A stretch of DNA of 8,139 nucleotides from a virus (lineage: Duplodnaviria; Heunggongvirae; Uroviricota; Caudoviricetes): positions 1 to 8,139 of the IMG/VR virus record IMGVR_UViG_2554235185_000004. The stretch is one strand, 5' to 3'. The position numbers and the translations under genes are program-made. Below, in pieces: positions 6,591-8,139 of this stretch; position 1 is the stretch's first letter; the number at the start of each line of letters is the position of its first letter. The notes beneath the pieces were generated by a model, which saw nothing but the letters and a program-made list of their open reading frames with translations, searched no databases and had not been told where the DNA came from.

Positions 6591-6917
6591 ATGAAAAGAC
6601 GCCTTTTACTACTTTTTCTGTTATCTGTCCTGGCAGTGGGATGCTCGCAGCAAAAAGCTGATGAGCCCCGGCAATTAGTGACGGTGTATCCACGATATCC
6701 GGAATATGCTGCAGCAAATTATATCAAGGGGCTGGTTGAGGTTAAGTTCGATATTGGTGCTGATGGGACTGTGACACGGATCGTTTTTCTCCGCTCAGAG
6801 CCTCATAATTTGTTTCGTGATGAAGTGGTGAAGGCCATGGCGAAATGGCGATTTGAAAAGAATCGCCCCTGTCAGGGAGTGAAGAGACAATTTATCTTTA
6901 CGCCGTCACGTCCTTGA
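6591..6917 (+). CDS. Lipoprotein with TonB C-terminal-like domain (moron)
   Basis: ATG 6591 with AGGAA Shine-Dalgarno. Signal peptide plus lipobox (MKRRLLLLFLLSVLAVGC, Ser at +2). Mature region PRYPEYAAANYIKGLVEVKFDIGADGTVTRIVFLRSEPHNLFRDEVVKAMAKWRFE aligns by eye with the E. coli TonB C-terminal domain [56 protein letters not shown]. Preceded by about 310 bp of non-coding DNA. Confidence 0.75.
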   Translation: MKRRLLLLFLLSVLAVGCSQQKADEPRQLVTVYPRYPEYAAANYIKGLVEVKFDIGADGTVTRIVFLRSEPHNLFRDEVVKAMAKWRFEKNRPCQGVKRQFIFTPSRP

Positions 6918-7008
6918 TGCTTCCAGGTAGAGAGGGGCTGGACGCAGGAGAAAAATGAAAGAGCCAGCGGTTATATTTTTGTCATGGCTGACGAGGAATG
7001 ATGGAAGA

Positions 7009-7058
7009 AGGCGTTGTATGCCACACAACGCCTCACTGTTCATTTCTTCTTTTTCTCT
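7009..7058. terminator. Hairpin between convergent genes (possible bidirectional terminator)
   Basis: AGGCGTTGT (7009-7017), loop ATGCCAC, ACAACGCCT (7025-7033), a perfect 9-bp stem. T-rich tract TTCATTTCTTCTTTTTCTC follows on the + strand after a short spacer; the U-tract on the minus side is weaker. The T-rich tract overlaps the last codons and stop (7040-7042) of the minus-strand ORF. Confidence 0.4.
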
Positions 7059-7219
7059 GGTGGAACCCGATGAATAAGAGTTGCACTGGTTTCCGATGAG
7101 ATGGCGATATACTCGGGCAAAGTATGCTGGCAGTTTTCCAACTGGTCAAAAATACCTGCTCTCGTCTGTTGCAATGCCTGCAGCATGCGGCGGCAATGCG
7201 CCTTGCTTTTACTAACCAT
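7040..7219 (-). CDS. Hypothetical small protein (59 aa; the longer 117-aa frame to 7393 is less likely)
   Basis: Internal ATG at 7219 is preceded on the minus strand by a strong GAGGAAGGAAAG Shine-Dalgarno. The extension up to 7393 is proline-rich and overlaps the upstream gene in another frame. Product MVSKSKAHCRRMLQALQQTRAGIFDQLENCQHTLPEYIAISSETSATLIHRVPPEKKKK is not recognised. Confidence 0.35.
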   Translation of the reverse strand: MVSKSKAHCRRMLQALQQTRAGIFDQLENCQHTLPEYIAISSETSATLIHRVPPEKKKK

Positions 7220-7280
7220 CTTTCCTTCCTCTATCAGTCGCTGCGTGAACTCATCATGTAATACCAGGTAAATGCGGATG

Positions 7281-7532
7281 TTATCGGTTTTGGCTACGCA
7301 GCATAGTACAAAACGGACAGGTGCATCCCGGGACGGGGGAGGCGTCACATGTCCCTGTGATGGTTGTTCCGGGTAATGCACTGTGTGGGGCATAAAAATG
7401 TCCGATAATTTTACTTTCTACCGCAGTTAGTTGATTCGTTGGTCCTGGTAGCACATTGGGCGAGGATTTAAATGCCAGGCAACTGAAGGATGATGTTGCA
7501 AGGGAGATAGCGAGAATATTTCTGATTTTCAT
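7281..7532 (-). CDS. Small secreted, cysteine-rich protein or lipoprotein (signal peptide MKIRNILAISLATSSFSC), Bor-position moron
   Basis: Minus-strand ATG at 7532 with a GAGG-containing Shine-Dalgarno. Classic N-terminal signal peptide with a possible lipobox (SSFSC) or signal peptidase I site. Mature part has 5 Cys (TGTCDASPVPGCTCPFC). Same location and orientation as lambda bor, but not Bor-like by sequence. Confidence 0.5.
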   Translation of the reverse strand: MKIRNILAISLATSSFSCLAFKSSPNVLPGPTNQLTAVESKIIGHFYAPHSALPGTTITGTCDASPVPGCTCPFCTMLRSQNR

Positions 7533-7668
7533 TTGATGATGCCTCTGTGTGAAATGACGGTAAACGACGCACTTGTGCCGGCACATAATAGCAAGCACCA
7601 TAATAGATCAGATTCGATTCTTGCTGTAAGTGATAATTATTCTCGTTTTCGGGTCCTTTCCGTCGATC

Positions 7669-7704
7669 CAACAGGTTACGGGGCGGCGACCTCGCGGGTT
7701 TTCG
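7669..7704. other. cos: cosN, cohesive-end site (12-nt cohesive end GGGCGGCGACCT at 7681-7692)
   Basis: CGATCCAACAGGTTACG|GGGCGGCGACCTCGCGGGTTTTCGCTATTTATGAAAATTTTCCGG matches the joined right and left ends of the lambda genome almost base for base (from memory). Lies about 180 bp upstream of nu1. Confidence 0.85.
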
Positions 7705-7728
7705 CTATTTATGAAAATTTTCCGGGGA

Positions 7729-7845
7729 AAATCATGTCGGTACTTCTCGAACATAACTATTTGTTTTTTCTAATATCGAATCCGTAAAAGGTCCGACATG
7801 AAAACGCCTAAAAAAGTCATTTTCGGGCACTTTCATGTCGGCCCC
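7729..7845. promoter_or_regulatory. cosB-like region with three copies of a TCATGTCGG element (candidate Nu1 R sites)
   Basis: CATGTCGG at 7733-7740 (+) and 7834-7841 (+), and its inverse CCGACATG at 7793-7800, with AT-rich spacers. Position between cosN and nu1 matches lambda cosB, but the sequence differs from lambda here. Confidence 0.45.
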
Positions 7846-7867
7846 TGTATTTATTGTGAGACTGTTT

Positions 7868-8139
7868 CATGAAGGTTAATAAAAAGAAACTTGCCGAAAT
7901 TTTCAACGTGGATCCGCGAACGATTGAACGCTGGCAGTCTCAGGGACTCCCTTGCGTCTCCGGAGGTGGTAAGGGCGTTGAATCTGTATTTGATACCGCC
8001 ATGGCAATTCAGTGGTATGCGCAGAGGGAAGCTGATATCGAAAATGAAAAACTCCGTAAAGAGGTTGAGGATTACAGGGCTGCCAGTGAGGCAGATCTCC
8101 AGCCTGGGACTATTGAGTACGAACGCCATCGACTTACGC
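7868..8139 (+). CDS. nu1: Terminase small subunit Nu1 (gp1), 5' portion; continues beyond the window
   Basis: ATG 7868, open to the window end. [90 protein letters not shown] closely parallels lambda Nu1 (MEVNKKQLADIF...GGGKG...[33 protein letters not shown]), with a diverged helix-turn-helix segment. Confidence 0.9.

Larger units (their letters stand above)
1..8139 (+). mobile_element. Segment of a lambdoid (phage 21 / DLP12-like) prophage: end of nin region, Q, lysis cassette, cos, start of terminase
   Basis: Co-linear order rusA - Q - promoter/terminator - holin - endolysin - Rz/Rz1 - cosN - nu1, all on the + strand. cosN and its flanks nearly match the remembered lambda genome ends. Confidence 0.85.

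Noticed and set aside
7468-7787. ORFs 7468-7671 (-) and 7533-7787 (+) spanning cos
   Set aside because: They run across the cosN/cosB DNA-packaging site, which is conserved as a non-coding element.
7851-8129. Minus-strand ORF antisense to nu1
   Set aside because: Nu1 on the + strand is strongly supported by homology; this is a shadow frame.
1-8139. CRISPR arrays, integrase, attachment sites or insertion-sequence elements
   Set aside because: No regularly spaced direct repeats, no transposase-like or integrase-like ORF, and no terminal inverted repeats were seen; the window is internal to the prophage.

Overview
This window reads as the late-regulation / lysis / packaging junction of a cos-type lambdoid prophage from an enterobacterial host, with a phage-21/DLP12-like late region; all core genes are on the + strand. 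Order: a 5'-partial NinG/DUF968-like protein (1-722), RusA resolvase (723-1091), a putative Q antiterminator (1084-1773), a candidate late promoter plus tR'-like terminator (1757-1862), a roughly 1.8 kb moron zone (small terminated gene, AT-rich island with a minus-strand gene, DUF1737-like remnant), then the lysis cassette and, after it, cos and the start of the Nu1 terminase gene. The lysis cassette is interrupted twice: a 296-aa gene of unknown function sits between the S21-like pinholin (3645-3860) and the SAR endolysin (4792-5325), and two small ORFs sit between the endolysin and Rz/Rz1 (5807-6280). Downstream are a lipoprotein with a TonB C-terminal-like domain (6591-6917), a convergent minus-strand two-gene module in the lambda bor position (7040-7532), a lambda-like cosN (cohesive end 7681-7692) and the 5' end of nu1 (7868 to window end). 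The strongest candidates for undescribed biology are the 296-aa insert in the lysis cassette, the small membrane ORFs before Rz, and the TonB-C-like lipoprotein. All homology statements are by eye from remembered sequences; no search or computation was run.
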